Of a stretch of 64,000 bases of DNA, positions 54,386 through 64,000 are shown one piece after another (position 1 is the stretch's first letter; each line of letters begins with the position of its first letter). A program made the position numbers and the translations under genes. The stretch comes from Vulcanimicrobiota bacterium (GTDB lineage: Bacteria > Vulcanimicrobiota > Vulcanimicrobiia > Vulcanimicrobiales > Vulcanimicrobiaceae), in the NCBI GenBank assembly GCA_963795855.1, contig CAWCIZ010000003.1:992001-1056000 (forward strand), in the 5' to 3' direction. The notes under the pieces are model-generated. The model saw nothing but the letters and a program-made list of their open reading frames with translations, searched no databases and was not told the origin of the DNA.

Positions 54386-56245
54386 TTACTTGCTCGAAAC
54401 CTCGACTTGGAACGAGCGCCCCGGCATGGGAAATCCGCTTACCGCCGCATAGCGTTCGTTGCCGAGATTATAGCCGCGCAAATTCAAGCGCAGATCGCGC
54501 CCGATGCGCAGCCTCGCGTACGCGTCGACCGTCGTATACGCAGCCGGCTGGTAAAACGGCGGCTGTTCCGGATCGACGAAGCCGCGAGCGCCTGCCGCGC
54601 GCAGCCAAACGCCCCATGAATCGAGTAGCGCGTTCGAACGCGCGGTGTAATCGAGTCGAAGGTTCGCGCCGATCACGGCTTGATTCGGCAGGCGAGTTTG
54701 CGTGTCGATGTTCTCGGCTCGATACAGATCGGTCACATTGAGCGAGGCCGTGAATCCGTTCGAGGGCTGCGTGCGGATATCGAGCGTCAAACCCTGGATG
54801 GATGCGCGAGCGATGTTGCATGGCTCGTAGACGAAACTCGACGGATCCGGCGCGCACGTCGATCCCGCTTTCACCGGCGTGGGTACGATGAGATCGTTCG
54901 TGCGGTTCGCGAACCACGCGATGGACGCTCCGCCGAGCAGCCGTGAATCGTCGATCGTCAAGTCCGCCACTTTCGCCCGCTCGGCCGAGAGCGAAGGGTT
55001 GCCGTATCCCGGAAAATACAACTCGCTCGCGTTGGGAGCGCGGAATGCGGTTGCGACGTTCGCTTTGACCGTTGCTTCATTCGAAAATCGCACGAGCACG
55101 CCGGCCGATGGAGAGAATTCGCCGCCGAGCGAACCGTCGCGCTCCGCGCGCAAGCCGTAATAAAAGCCGCCCCACTTCGTAAGGCTCTTTTCTTGTGCAT
55201 ATGCAGCGGCTTGCGCCAGCGCGTCGACGGAGATCGGTCCCCCGGCGTCCGATCGGACGGCGCCGCGGGCGAGATCGACGCCGTACAGCAGCCGTTCGTT
55301 CGAGCCGGACACGTCGTTGCGCGCGCTGAAGTCCAGCCGATTTTCGGTGTCGAGCGAAGGCACGTTTTGAAAACAGTTCGGATCGGCGGACGGGTCGCAT
55401 GCGAAGGTAATCTGCTGCCGCGTTCCGCCGAACTGCACGGTGGTTTCGGATTGCGCCGTTTTGTGAACGGCGGAAACGCTCGCGTTGCCGTTTACGTCGG
55501 TTTCACGAGACGACGGCGATTCGAACCCGAACGCGCCCGGCGCGCCGACGTGGTCGGACGTCAGTCCCGCGCGCAGCGTCACGTCGAACGTGCCGACGCG
55601 CCGCGATCCGCCGGCGTGTATCGACGAAGAAGCGTAATCGCTGTCGGGCCGCACCCCGCCGCCCGGCAAACCGAAAGCGTCGGCTGCGAGCACGCGCGAG
55701 ATCTGCACGTGCTCGGTGTCGATCTCCAGACGGCGTGCCCCGAACGAACCGTAACCGATTGCGGCCGACGGGCTTGCGGACCGCTGTGTGATCACATTGA
55801 TGATGCCGCCGATCGCGCCGGTTCCGTAGAGCGTCGAACCGCCGCCTTCGACGACTTCGATACGTTCGACGCCGGTCGTCGGCAGGTTGCCCAGTTCCAC
55901 CGAGTTGTCGAACGATCCGGGAGCCGGAAGTCCATCCACCAAGACGAGCACCTGTGCGGTGCTGCTTCCGCGAATGCCGTAGTTTTCGCTCGCGCCGAGC
56001 GCGCCGTACGCGAGCATGTTGACTGCGGGAACAGATTCGAGGGCCTCGGCAACGGTGCGGTAGCCGTAGCGGACGATTTGATCGCGCGTGACGACGTAGG
56101 TCGTGCGCGTGGCGTTGCGCAGCGTTTCATCGGCGCGGTCCGTCGTGAAGACGTGCGCGATTTCCGGCAGCGGAGACGGCGATGGTGAAGGCGTCGGGGC
56201 AACGGCAACTGCCGTGCACAGCGCGCACGCCGAGAAGAAGAGCAT
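54386..56245 (-). CDS. btuB: TonB-dependent cobalamin receptor (BtuB-like)
   Basis: Plug motifs IRGS, VLVDG, ERIEVVEG, LYGTGAIGGIIN; AFRAPN; lies directly downstream of a B12 riboswitch. Confidence 0.85.
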   Translation of the reverse strand: MLFFSACALCTAVAVAPTPSPSPSPLPEIAHVFTTDRADETLRNATRTTYVVTRDQIVRYGYRTVAEALESVPAVNMLAYGALGASENYGIRGSSTAQVLVLVDGLPAPGSFDNSVELGNLPTTGVERIEVVEGGGSTLYGTGAIGGIINVITQRSASPSAAIGYGSFGARRLEIDTEHVQISRVLAADAFGLPGGGVRPDSDYASSSIHAGGSRRVGTFDVTLRAGLTSDHVGAPGAFGFESPSSRETDVNGNASVSAVHKTAQSETTVQFGGTRQQITFACDPSADPNCFQNVPSLDTENRLDFSARNDVSGSNERLLYGVDLARGAVRSDAGGPISVDALAQAAAYAQEKSLTKWGGFYYGLRAERDGSLGGEFSPSAGVLVRFSNEATVKANVATAFRAPNASELYFPGYGNPSLSAERAKVADLTIDDSRLLGGASIAWFANRTNDLIVPTPVKAGSTCAPDPSSFVYEPCNIARASIQGLTLDIRTQPSNGFTASLNVTDLYRAENIDTQTRLPNQAVIGANLRLDYTARSNALLDSWGVWLRAAGARGFVDPEQPPFYQPAAYTTVDAYARLRIGRDLRLNLRGYNLGNERYAAVSGFPMPGRSFQVEVSSK

Positions 56246-56287
56246 CGTGCGACCTTTCCTTTGCGCGAGGTGGTGTGCGGCGTTTAC

Positions 56288-56430
56288 GCTGGTATCCTGA
56301 CTCGCGGATCGTTGCCGTTTGCCCGTGCCTTCCCACCGAAGTAGTGGCATTCGGGCGGCTCCCCGCATACAGTGGCGCGACCGTGCCGGCTTTGCACCGG
56401 CTTCCCGCGCGAAAACGCGAACGTCTAGGT
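56288..56430 (-). ncRNA. Cobalamin riboswitch
   Basis: Minus strand: GGGAAGCCGGTGCAAAGCCGGC, GCCACTGT, GCCACT...GGGAAGGC, B12-box-like GAGTCAGGATACC; upstream of btuB/C/D. Confidence 0.92.
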
Positions 56431-56477
56431 TCCCACGTGCAGGCGGCCGTTCCTCGTCCTGTGAACCTCGCAGACTC

Positions 56478-57332
56478 GTGCACCGAAAACACGCTGCCTT
56501 CGCGCTCGTGCTCACGCTGGCCGCGCTTGCGGCAGGCTGCTCCTCGACGTCGCACGCGCCATCCGCGCTCGCCGCAAGTAACGGCGGCATCGTGACGCTC
56601 ATGCCGTCGTTCGCTGAAGATCTCTGCGCGATCGGCGCGCAGTCGCAGCTCGCCGGCGTTTCGCAATACAGTGCCGGAACGCGCTGCGCCAAAGGCGTTC
56701 CCGCGGTGGCGAATTTCTCTTCGATCGATGCGGAGAAGATCGTTTCTCTGCATGCGCGCGTCGTCGTCGGCATTCCGGCGCAGCGGCCGCTCACGGCCTC
56801 GCTTCGCCGCACCGGCATCGCCACTGTTTTTCTGAACGACGATTCCTACGCCGACATCTTCACCGACATCCGACGCCTAGGTGCGTTAAGCGGACACGAT
56901 AAAGCGGCGCGCGCGCTGATCGCGAGCCTGCATCGACGCACCGCTCGGCTTCGCGCGTCGGAACGCGAGGCGGTACGGCCGCGCGTGTTCGTCGTGCTGC
57001 AAGCGCAGCCGATTTGGACCGTCGGTCCGCAGTCGTATATTTCGACGCTGCTGCGGCTCGCCGGCGCGCGAAACGCCGTCACCCGATTGCCCCGCTCCTA
57101 CGCTCAGTTCAGCTCGGAGGCGTTGCTGCGGCTGCAGCCGGACGCAATCGTCGCCGGCGGCGATACGCAACTCGGATCGCTCCTGGATCGCGAGCCGTGG
57201 CGTTCGCTGCGCGCGGTACGGGGAAAACACGTATTCATTCTTTCGGATCCGGCCGTCCTGGAGCGCCCGGGCCCGTACTATAACGAGGGGTTATCCTGGC
57301 TCATCGAACATTTGCGGCCGCTGACTCGGTAA
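56478..57332 (+). CDS. BtuF-like substrate-binding lipoprotein
   Basis: Lipobox AAGC, PSFAEDLCAIG, SSEALLRLQPD, ERPGP. Confidence 0.85.
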   Translation: MHRKHAAFALVLTLAALAAGCSSTSHAPSALAASNGGIVTLMPSFAEDLCAIGAQSQLAGVSQYSAGTRCAKGVPAVANFSSIDAEKIVSLHARVVVGIPAQRPLTASLRRTGIATVFLNDDSYADIFTDIRRLGALSGHDKAARALIASLHRRTARLRASEREAVRPRVFVVLQAQPIWTVGPQSYISTLLRLAGARNAVTRLPRSYAQFSSEALLRLQPDAIVAGGDTQLGSLLDREPWRSLRAVRGKHVFILSDPAVLERPGPYYNEGLSWLIEHLRPLTR

Positions 57333-57346
57333 CGGCTGCCCGCGCG

Positions 57347-58376
57347 GTGCTCGTCGCGGTCGACGTTGCGGATCCGAGGCGACCCATCGATCCCGAACTC
57401 GCCGAATTCGAAGCTCTGGCGCACGCCTCGGGCGCGCAGATCCTCGAACGCGTCGTGCAGAAGCGCGCTCGAGTCGACCCGGCCACGCTCGTCGGCAGCG
57501 GCAAGGCGCGCGAGATCGCCGATCTGGCGAAGGATCTCGGCGCGACCTTATTGCTCGTGCTCAACGATTTGCGCCCGCGTCAGCGGAAGAATCTGGAAAA
57601 GATCGTCCCGCTGCCCATCGTCGATCGCACGATGCTTATTCTCGACGTTTTCGCGCAGCACGCACGAAGCCGCGAAGGCAAGCTGCAAGTGGAGCTCGCG
57701 CAGCTGCGCTACCGGCAATCGAATCTGATCGGCGCCGGCGCTGATTTATCGCGCTTGGGCGGCGGAATCGGCACGCGCGGTCCAGGTGAAACCAAACTCG
57801 AAATCGATCGGCGCCGGATCCAGCAGCGCATCAGCGTGCTTTCGCGGCAGCTGGAAGAGGTTCGCCGGCAGCGCGCGACGCGACGCGCCGCGCCTGGTCG
57901 CGAACCGCTCGTCGCGCTCGTGGGATATACGAACGTGGGAAAGTCGTCGCTGTTGAATCGGCTGGCGCGATCCGATGCGCTCGTCGCGGACCAGCCGTTC
58001 GCGACGCTCGATCCGACGATGCGCCGCGTCTGGCTTCGCGCGAATGTTTACGTTCGAGTCGTCGATACGGTCGGGTTCATCACCGATCTTCCGCGCGATC
58101 TCGTCAGCGCATTTCGCGCAACGCTCGAAGAGGCTCGATGAAGCGGATCTGCTCGTGCACGTGGTGGACGCGGCAAACGCCGATTGGCCGCGGCAGATGC
58201 AAGCGGTAGATGGAACGCTTCACGACCTGCACTTGGAAACCAAACCGCGCTTGGTGGTGTTCAACAAATGCGATGCGCTCCGCCAAGAACCGGCACATCC
58301 GCCGGGCGCTTTGTGCGTGAGCGCGCGCACCGGAACGGGCATTCGCGAACTCAAAGAAGCGCTCGAAAAGGTCTAA
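57347..58376 (+). CDS. hflX: GTPase HflX (frameshift near 58135)
   Basis: EGKLQVELAQL, GPGETKLE, GYTNVGKS, FATLD, DTVGF, NKCD, SA. Confidence 0.93.
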
Positions 58377-58377
58377 C

Positions 58378-59291
58378 GTGGAAGTACAAGCGATCGACCG
58401 GGACGGCATCGCCGGCGTGGCGCGCGTCATCGCGCCGCACGTTCGCAAAACGCCCGTTCTGGAGCTCGACGGTGCCCTGCTCAAACTGGAGCTGCTGCAG
58501 CACGCCGGTTCCTTCAAGACGCGGGGCGCATTCGCGAACTTGCTGCTGCGCGACGTTCCCGCCGCGGGCGTGGTTGCGGCGTCCGGCGGAAATCACGGAG
58601 CTGCAGTTGCGTACGCCGCGATGCGTTTGGGGGTTCCCGCGAAAATTTTTGTGCCGAGTATTTCTTCGCCCGCGAAAATCGACCGCATCCGGCGCTACGG
58701 CGCGGAGGCTCGTCGTGGGCGGCGATCGCTATGCCGATGCCCTCGCCGCAAGCGAGGAATGGATCGTCCGGTCGGGCGCCGTGCCCGTTCACGCATTCGA
58801 TCAACCGGAAACGTTGCTCGGTCAGGGAACCGTCGGAATGGAGATCGCGGATCAAGCGGCTGACGTGGACACCGTGCTTGTCGCGGTCGGCGGCGGCGGA
58901 TTGATCGGCGGAATCGCTGCGTGGTTCGCCGGCGGGACGAAAATCGTCGCAGTGGAACCCGAGGGCGCTCCGACGCTTGCGATGGCGCTCCGCGAAGGCA
59001 AGCCAGTCGACGCGCCGACCGGCAGCATCGCCGCCGACTCGCTTGCGCCCCGACGCGTCGGCGAACTGGTATTTCCCATCGCGCAAAAATACGTGGACGG
59101 CGTGGTGCTCGTTTCGGACGAAGCGATTCGCGCTGCGCAGCGTGCGCTCTGGCACGGCGCAACGATCGTGGCGGAGCCGGGCGGGGCGGCGGCCTACGCC
59201 GCATTGCTGTCGGGCGGTTACAAGCCCGCTCGCGGCGAACGCGTCTGCGCCGTCATAAGCGGCGGAAACAGACTCCGCCGTTTCGCTATAA
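58378..59291 (+). CDS. Threonine/serine dehydratase family PLP enzyme (frameshifted)
   Basis: KLELLQHAGSFKTRGA, SGGNHG, GGGGL, SGGN. Confidence 0.88.
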
Positions 59292-59299
59292 TCGCAGCG

Positions 59300-59995
59300 A
59301 TGCTTTTCCGCGCCTTCGCTGTCGCCGCCGCGCTTGCGCTTTGCGCGGGATGCGCCGCTCATCACTATGAGGATGACGACTTCGTGGCGTCCGCTGCGAA
59401 ATTGCGTCCGTCGGTCGTACTGCTCTCGATGGACGTTCCGGCGGACAACAAGCACGAGTCCCCCGACACCGAGTACGCAACCGGAACCGTCGTTGCGAGC
59501 GGTCGCTGGGGCAGCGACATCCTCACGGTCGAACATGCGATCGAGGGCGCGTGGAATTTGCGGGTCACGATCGGCAACAAAAATAAAGCGCGCGGAATCA
59601 TCGTCGCAAAAGATGCGGATCTCGACGTCGCGCTCGTACGCACCAAGCGACCGAATCTGCCGGTCGTAAAACTCGGATCGGCGGCCGATGCGCAGCCCGG
59701 GCGAATGATCGGGCTCGTCGGCTATCCGATTCCAGATCAATTCGACGATGAAGGGCTGGGTCTGGCGACGTCGCTGAACTCGGGCCGCGTCTCGTCGATG
59801 CGTGAAGACGCGATAGAGGTTACGCTGCAGATCGTACCGGGCGAAAGCGGCAGCCCGGTGTTTCTGTCGGACACCGGCGAAATCGTCGGCATGGCGGAGT
59901 CGCGTTTCGACGAAGAGCGTTCGATCGGATTCGCGCTCCCAATCGACGACGCAAAGAAATTCCTGCACAAGCACGACGCGAAGCACGGACTGTAG
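59300..59995 (+). CDS. Trypsin-like serine protease lipoprotein
   Basis: Lipobox CAGC; triad motifs ILTVEH, DVALV, PGESGSP; no PDZ domain. Confidence 0.82.
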   Translation: MLFRAFAVAAALALCAGCAAHHYEDDDFVASAAKLRPSVVLLSMDVPADNKHESPDTEYATGTVVASGRWGSDILTVEHAIEGAWNLRVTIGNKNKARGIIVAKDADLDVALVRTKRPNLPVVKLGSAADAQPGRMIGLVGYPIPDQFDDEGLGLATSLNSGRVSSMREDAIEVTLQIVPGESGSPVFLSDTGEIVGMAESRFDEERSIGFALPIDDAKKFLHKHDAKHGL

Positions 59996-60000
59996 ATCGA

Positions 60001-61114
60001 TTACGGCAGATGCGCCTTTTGCCGCTCGATGAGCGAGCGGTCCCCAACCCACTGTATCGGAGGGATTTCCAGCCAGCGCGCGAGTTCGTTCAAATGCGCA
60101 CCGTATTGTACGCGTAGACGCGCGAAGTCTTCCCACGCGATCTCCTCGTCCCGCAAAATGTATCCGGCCTCGCGCAACTGCTCGCAGGCGTGAGTAAATT
60201 CGTGCCGCTCCACGCCGACGCGGCCGTTTTCCGAAGCGACCGAGAAGCGGAAGTACGATGCGAAATCGCTCGTCAGGTGACGGCCGAGCTCGTACATGAT
60301 CCGCGCTTGGCCGACGCTTTGCGGGTTCTGCATCTTTGCGGGATCGATGCGTGCTCATCACCAGTGCGGAGGCGTCCATCAGCGTTCCCAAGGTTCCGAC
60401 CCAAGACTCGTAGTCGTGACTCGAGCGAAACATCACCAGCACCGGATATGCGAGGTGGCTTTCCATGATTTGCGCGGTCCACGTTTGCGCCTCGCGAAAT
60501 ACCTGCGCGACGTCCGCGCGAATCCCGGCATAGCCGTGCACCTCGAGCAATCCCACGCCGCTCGGGGGGACGCCCGCGCGTGCGCCGATCGTAACGACGA
60601 ACGTTTCCCGATTTTGAAATGCGCCGAAAACGGCGAACAGAAACGACGTGACGACTGCTACCACGCCGAGGCCGCACGACGCGGCGACGAGCGACATGAC
60701 GCGAGCGAACGTCGAAGCGGCAACGATGTCGCCGTATCCGATCGTCAGCAGCGAGGCGCCGGCGTAATAAACTGCTGCACCGAACGTCAAGTCCGAAGGG
60801 CGCATCTGCGCTCGAACGCCGTAGAAAAACAATCCCCAGCCGATGACCAGCATTGCCACCCAGACGATGAGAATCAGCACCAGGTGAAACGGAGCGAACG
60901 TGCCGAGGAAATCTTCGCGGCGATCTTCGTCGTTGCGAAAAAGCCGGTAAGCGATGCGCGGCCAGATTCGCCAGGTCCATCGCATCAAATACCAGCTGAC
61001 GCGCAGCGTGGTATTCTCGGCGCGCGGAACGATGACGCCCTGAAACACGTCCCGCAGCGCGACTGCGACGACGAACAGGCCGCCGGCAGCGGCGGCGATG
61101 TTCTGCGCGCTTAT
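60001..61114 (-). CDS. Potassium channel family protein (frameshift near 60345; start approximate)
   Basis: Selectivity filter LTIGYGD; TM helices; ESHLAYPVL. Confidence 0.85.
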
Positions 61115-61560
61115 GGGGCGGTGCTCGACCCCGGCGTCGGCGTTTCCGCCGGAATCGGCGTAGCCACGCCTGCAGTCGGCGTCGGAGTCGGGGGCGGCGG
61201 TGCCGTCGGGCCGCCGGTGAGCGGCATGATGCGCAGATAGCCGATGCTCGTCGTCTTGTCTTGGTGCACGGCCGCCTCTGCGCTGTTTCGCTCGTATCCC
61301 GGCGCGCTCGCCGTTACGCTCTGATGTCCGATCGGAATGTTCGAAAGCGTGAATGCGCCGTTGGGATCGGTATAAGCGGTGTACAGCGAACCGACTGAAA
61401 CGAGGACGTTTCCGACCGGGCGGTTGTTGGTGGCATCGAGAACGCGGCCGACGATCGTTCCGAACTGCTGCACGCCGACCCCGTTCGGGTTGCTGCAGCC
61501 GCCGCCGTTTGCGCCGAGGCTGAGCAAAAAGACGAAACCCAAAACCCACAATTTGCGCAT
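61111..61560 (-). CDS. Exported/lipoprotein with carboxypeptidase-regulatory-like domain and Pro/Thr tail
   Basis: GGGC, GTIVGRVLD, TDPNGAF, SAPGY, PPPTPTP tail. Confidence 0.7.
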   Translation of the reverse strand: MRKLWVLGFVFLLSLGANGGGCSNPNGVGVQQFGTIVGRVLDATNNRPVGNVLVSVGSLYTAYTDPNGAFTLSNIPIGHQSVTASAPGYERNSAEAAVHQDKTTSIGYLRIMPLTGGPTAPPPPTPTPTAGVATPIPAETPTPGSSTAP

Positions 61561-61662
61561 AAGCCTACCTTCGCGATAAACGCTTCGTCACACTCGCGCC
61601 GCTCGGTGCCACTTAAGTAGCACCCTTGCGCCGGCCTGCCGCGGGTAGGTGTTCGTTAACGC

Positions 61663-61680
61663 TTGTGAAAAATTTCACAA
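61663..61680. promoter_or_regulatory. Rex (NADH/NAD+ sensor) operator
   Basis: TTGTGAA-AAAT-TTCACAA, 3 nt before the nuoA ATG. Confidence 0.85.
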
Positions 61681-61683
61681 GCG

Positions 61684-62037
61684 ATGACTCCCTATGGTCC
61701 CGTAGCGATTTTTGTGGCCGTTGCGTTCGTAGCGGCCCTGGGCTTCAGCCTGTTGCCCGGTTTGCTGGCGCAGCGCAAGCCCAATCCGGAAAAAGAGCAG
61801 GCGTATGAGTGCGGCGTCGAGCCGACCTCCAGCGTTGCCGGGCGCTTTCCGATCAAGTTTTATCTGATTGCGATGCTCTTCGTCGTTCTCGACGTCGAAG
61901 CTGCGTCGTTCTATCCGTGGGCCGTTCAAATGCACGCGCTCCGCATGTTCGGATTGCTCGAAATGGTCGTCTTCGTGGTGGTGCTCGCGATTGGATACGC
62001 GTATGTGTGGAAAAAACGAGGCTTCGAATGGAGATAG
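61684..62037 (+). CDS. nuoA: NADH-quinone oxidoreductase subunit A
   Basis: [20 protein letters not shown]. Confidence 0.95.
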   Translation: MTPYGPVAIFVAVAFVAALGFSLLPGLLAQRKPNPEKEQAYECGVEPTSSVAGRFPIKFYLIAMLFVVLDVEAASFYPWAVQMHALRMFGLLEMVVFVVVLAIGYAYVWKKRGFEWR

Positions 62038-62513
62038 GGCCGGGGCAGTTTTTTCTTGCCAAATTGGACGAGGTCGTACGCTGGGCGCAAAGCTCGAGCG
62101 TGTGGCCTCTCACGATGGGTCTGGCATGCTGCGCCATCGAGATGATGTCCGTCACGTCCGCGGAGTACGACATCGCGCGGCTCGGCTCTGAAGTCTTTCG
62201 TCCATCACCGCGCCAAGCGGATTTGATGATCGTCTCCGGCCGCGTAGCGCAAAAGATGGGGCCGGTCGTGAAAAGGCTCTACGATCAAATGGCGGACCCG
62301 AAATGGGTCATCTCGATGGGCGCATGCGCGAGTTCGGGCGGCGTTTTCGACAATTACGCGGTCGTTCAGGGCGTCGATACGATCATTCCGGTCGACGTGT
62401 ACGTTCCCGGGTGTCCGCCGACGCCCGACGGGTTGCTCTACGCCGTCAACCTCATTCAACAACAGATCCGCGAAGGCGGCCGCGGCGGCCTCTTCAGCTC
62501 GAGCCTAAACTAA
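62028..62513 (+). CDS. nuoB: NADH-quinone oxidoreductase subunit B
   Basis: [25 protein letters not shown]. Confidence 0.95.
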   Translation: MEIGPGQFFLAKLDEVVRWAQSSSVWPLTMGLACCAIEMMSVTSAEYDIARLGSEVFRPSPRQADLMIVSGRVAQKMGPVVKRLYDQMADPKWVISMGACASSGGVFDNYAVVQGVDTIIPVDVYVPGCPPTPDGLLYAVNLIQQQIREGGRGGLFSSSLN

Positions 62514-62545
62514 CGACCACGCCAGTTAAAGAATAAGAGTCTTTC

Positions 62546-63166
62546 ATGCCGAGTTCGCAATCACCGCCGCTTCTGGGCGGCGCGATTGACCCCACCGCCG
62601 TGCGCCCGCCCATCGACGACGCAAGCATCGAACGCGTCGATCCGTCGCGCGTGCACGCGCGTTTGGAAGAATTGCGCGCCGAGGGTTACACGATGCTGCT
62701 GGACGTCGGCGCCGTCGATTATCCGGCGCGCGAACCGCGTTTCGACGTCGTGTATCACTTGCTGAAGATGCCGGTTCGCAAAGCGGCACTAGCGGAAGTC
62801 GGCAAACCGCAGCGTTTCCGTTTGCTTTGCGGCGTGCCCGCGGAGAATACCGTGCTGCCGACGGCATGCGACTTGTGGAAGTCGGCGGATTGGGCCGAGC
62901 GCGAAATCTACGATCTGTTCGGCATCAGCTTCGAAGGTCACCCGGATATGCGCCGCATTCAAATGCCGAACGACTGGGAAGGCTATCCGCTGCGCAAGGA
63001 TTATCCGCTGCGCGGTCCAGCGCGCGAGCGTTCGCCGCGCCCGGCGTTTGCGCTGAAGTCGAATGTCGACGCCGGCACGCCGCCGTCCGGAAGAACGCTC
63101 GAAGCGCTGCAGGCGCAGATCGCAAAACGGCGATCGAACGGCGCGCCTGGGGAGGATTCAAAGTGA
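62546..63166 (+). CDS. nuoC: NADH-quinone oxidoreductase subunit C
   Basis: AEREIYDLFGI, GHPDMRRI, PLRKDYP. Confidence 0.95.
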   Translation: MPSSQSPPLLGGAIDPTAVRPPIDDASIERVDPSRVHARLEELRAEGYTMLLDVGAVDYPAREPRFDVVYHLLKMPVRKAALAEVGKPQRFRLLCGVPAENTVLPTACDLWKSADWAEREIYDLFGISFEGHPDMRRIQMPNDWEGYPLRKDYPLRGPARERSPRPAFALKSNVDAGTPPSGRTLEALQAQIAKRRSNGAPGEDSK

Positions 63167-64000
63167 GCGTTTCCGCGACGCCGCTCACGCCGGAACTCGT
63201 TTCGCGCGATGGCAATGCCATGGTGCTTTCCATGGGGCCGCAGCATCCCTCCACGCACGGCGTGCTGCAAATCATGCTCGAGATCGAGGGCGAGAACATT
63301 GTCCGCGCCGAACCGGAGATTGGCTATCTTCACACCGGCATCGAAAAGAACTGCGAGAATCAGTTCTGGTCGACCGCGCAGACCAACGTCGAACGCATGG
63401 ACTATCTCGCGCCGAGCAACAACGCGTTCTGCTACGCGTTGGCGGTCGAGCAGCTGCTGGGAATCACCGATCGAATCCCCGAACGCGCGCAATTAATTCG
63501 CGTGCTCAATGCGGAGCTTACGCGCATCGCATCGCACTGCGTCTGGCTCGGCACCGGCGGCATCGATCTCGGCGCGCTTTCGGTTTTCTTTTACACCTTC
63601 GACCTGCGCGAAAACATTCTGGATCTGCAAGAAGCAGCCGGCGGCGCGCGCATGCATCCTAATTACATCCGCGTCGGCGGCGTCAACGGCGATTTGCCCG
63701 ACGGCTACGCCGAGCGTCTGAACGCGCTCATCGAAAAGTTCCCCGGACGCATGCGCGATCTGCGCGCGCTGCTTCAGGCGAATCCAATCTTGCAGGACCG
63801 GATGATCGACGTCGGCATCATGACCCCGGAAGAAGCCGTGCAGTGGAACGTCACGGGCCCGAGTTTGCGCGCCAGCGGCGTCGCATACGACGTGCGCAAA
63901 GCGTATCCGTATTCCGGCTACGAGACGCTGACGTTTGACGTTCCGACGCGCGAAGACGGCGATTCGTACGCACGCTTCCTCGTGCGGCTGGACGAAATGG
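63163..64000 (+). CDS. nuoD: NADH-quinone oxidoreductase subunit D (truncated by window end)
   Basis: MGPQHPSTHGVL, IGYLHTGIEK, ERMDY, ELTRIASH. Confidence 0.95.
   Translation, partial: MSVSATPLTPELVSRDGNAMVLSMGPQHPSTHGVLQIMLEIEGENIVRAEPEIGYLHTGIEKNCENQFWSTAQTNVERMDYLAPSNNAFCYALAVEQLLGITDRIPERAQLIRVLNAELTRIASHCVWLGTGGIDLGALSVFFYTFDLRENILDLQEAAGGARMHPNYIRVGGVNGDLPDGYAERLNALIEKFPGRMRDLRALLQANPILQDRMIDVGIMTPEEAVQWNVTGPSLRASGVAYDVRKAYPYSGYETLTFDVPTREDGDSYARFLVRLDEM

Noticed and set aside
58184..59995. Apparent dehydratase-protease fusion (603-aa ORF)
   Set aside because: A one-indel correction ends the dehydratase at TAA 59291, and the protease has its own ATG, -10 box and lipoprotein signal.
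58514..61549. 1011-aa minus-strand ORF
   Set aside because: A composite of the K+ channel frame and GC-rich shadow frames.

Overview
High-GC bacterial chromosomal window that is densely coding and has no rRNA, tRNA, CRISPR array, transposase, integrase or prophage that I could support. Many genes, including housekeeping ones (cysK, metH, hflX, ppi, DNA ligase), are broken by 1-nt indels, densest at about 34.6-43 kb. This fits long-read assembly error better than pseudogenisation. The organism is a diderm (two TonB-dependent receptors) yet carries Gram-positive-type operators: a LexA box before lhr and a Rex box before nuoA. That suggests a diderm Terrabacteria lineage such as Eremiobacterota (inference only). 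In order, the window holds dprA, hemL, a GH47 mannosidase, an M28 peptidase, an ABC-2 operon interrupted by antisense alkA-pirin, and a histone-H1-like basic protein. Next come LexA-boxed Lhr helicase plus metallophosphoesterase, DUF1326/DUF2182, and an aromatic-CoA catabolic region (paaH, paaJ, ALDH, TonB receptor, paaX, short boxB-like epoxidase, half-size boxC-like lyase). After that are the DNA ligase and MBL exonuclease, cysK-asparaginase-metH, ArsR/SRPBCC, nagA, a probable double-GTPase dynamin-like protein, phosphomannomutase and a PP2C phosphatase. The window ends with riboswitch-controlled B12 uptake, hflX, a K+ channel and nuoABCD. The best candidate for an undescribed system is the minimal, PaaX-associated Box-type epoxidase pathway, which has no BoxA, BoxR or CoA ligase in the window. 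All family calls come from motif recognition; no database searches were run.
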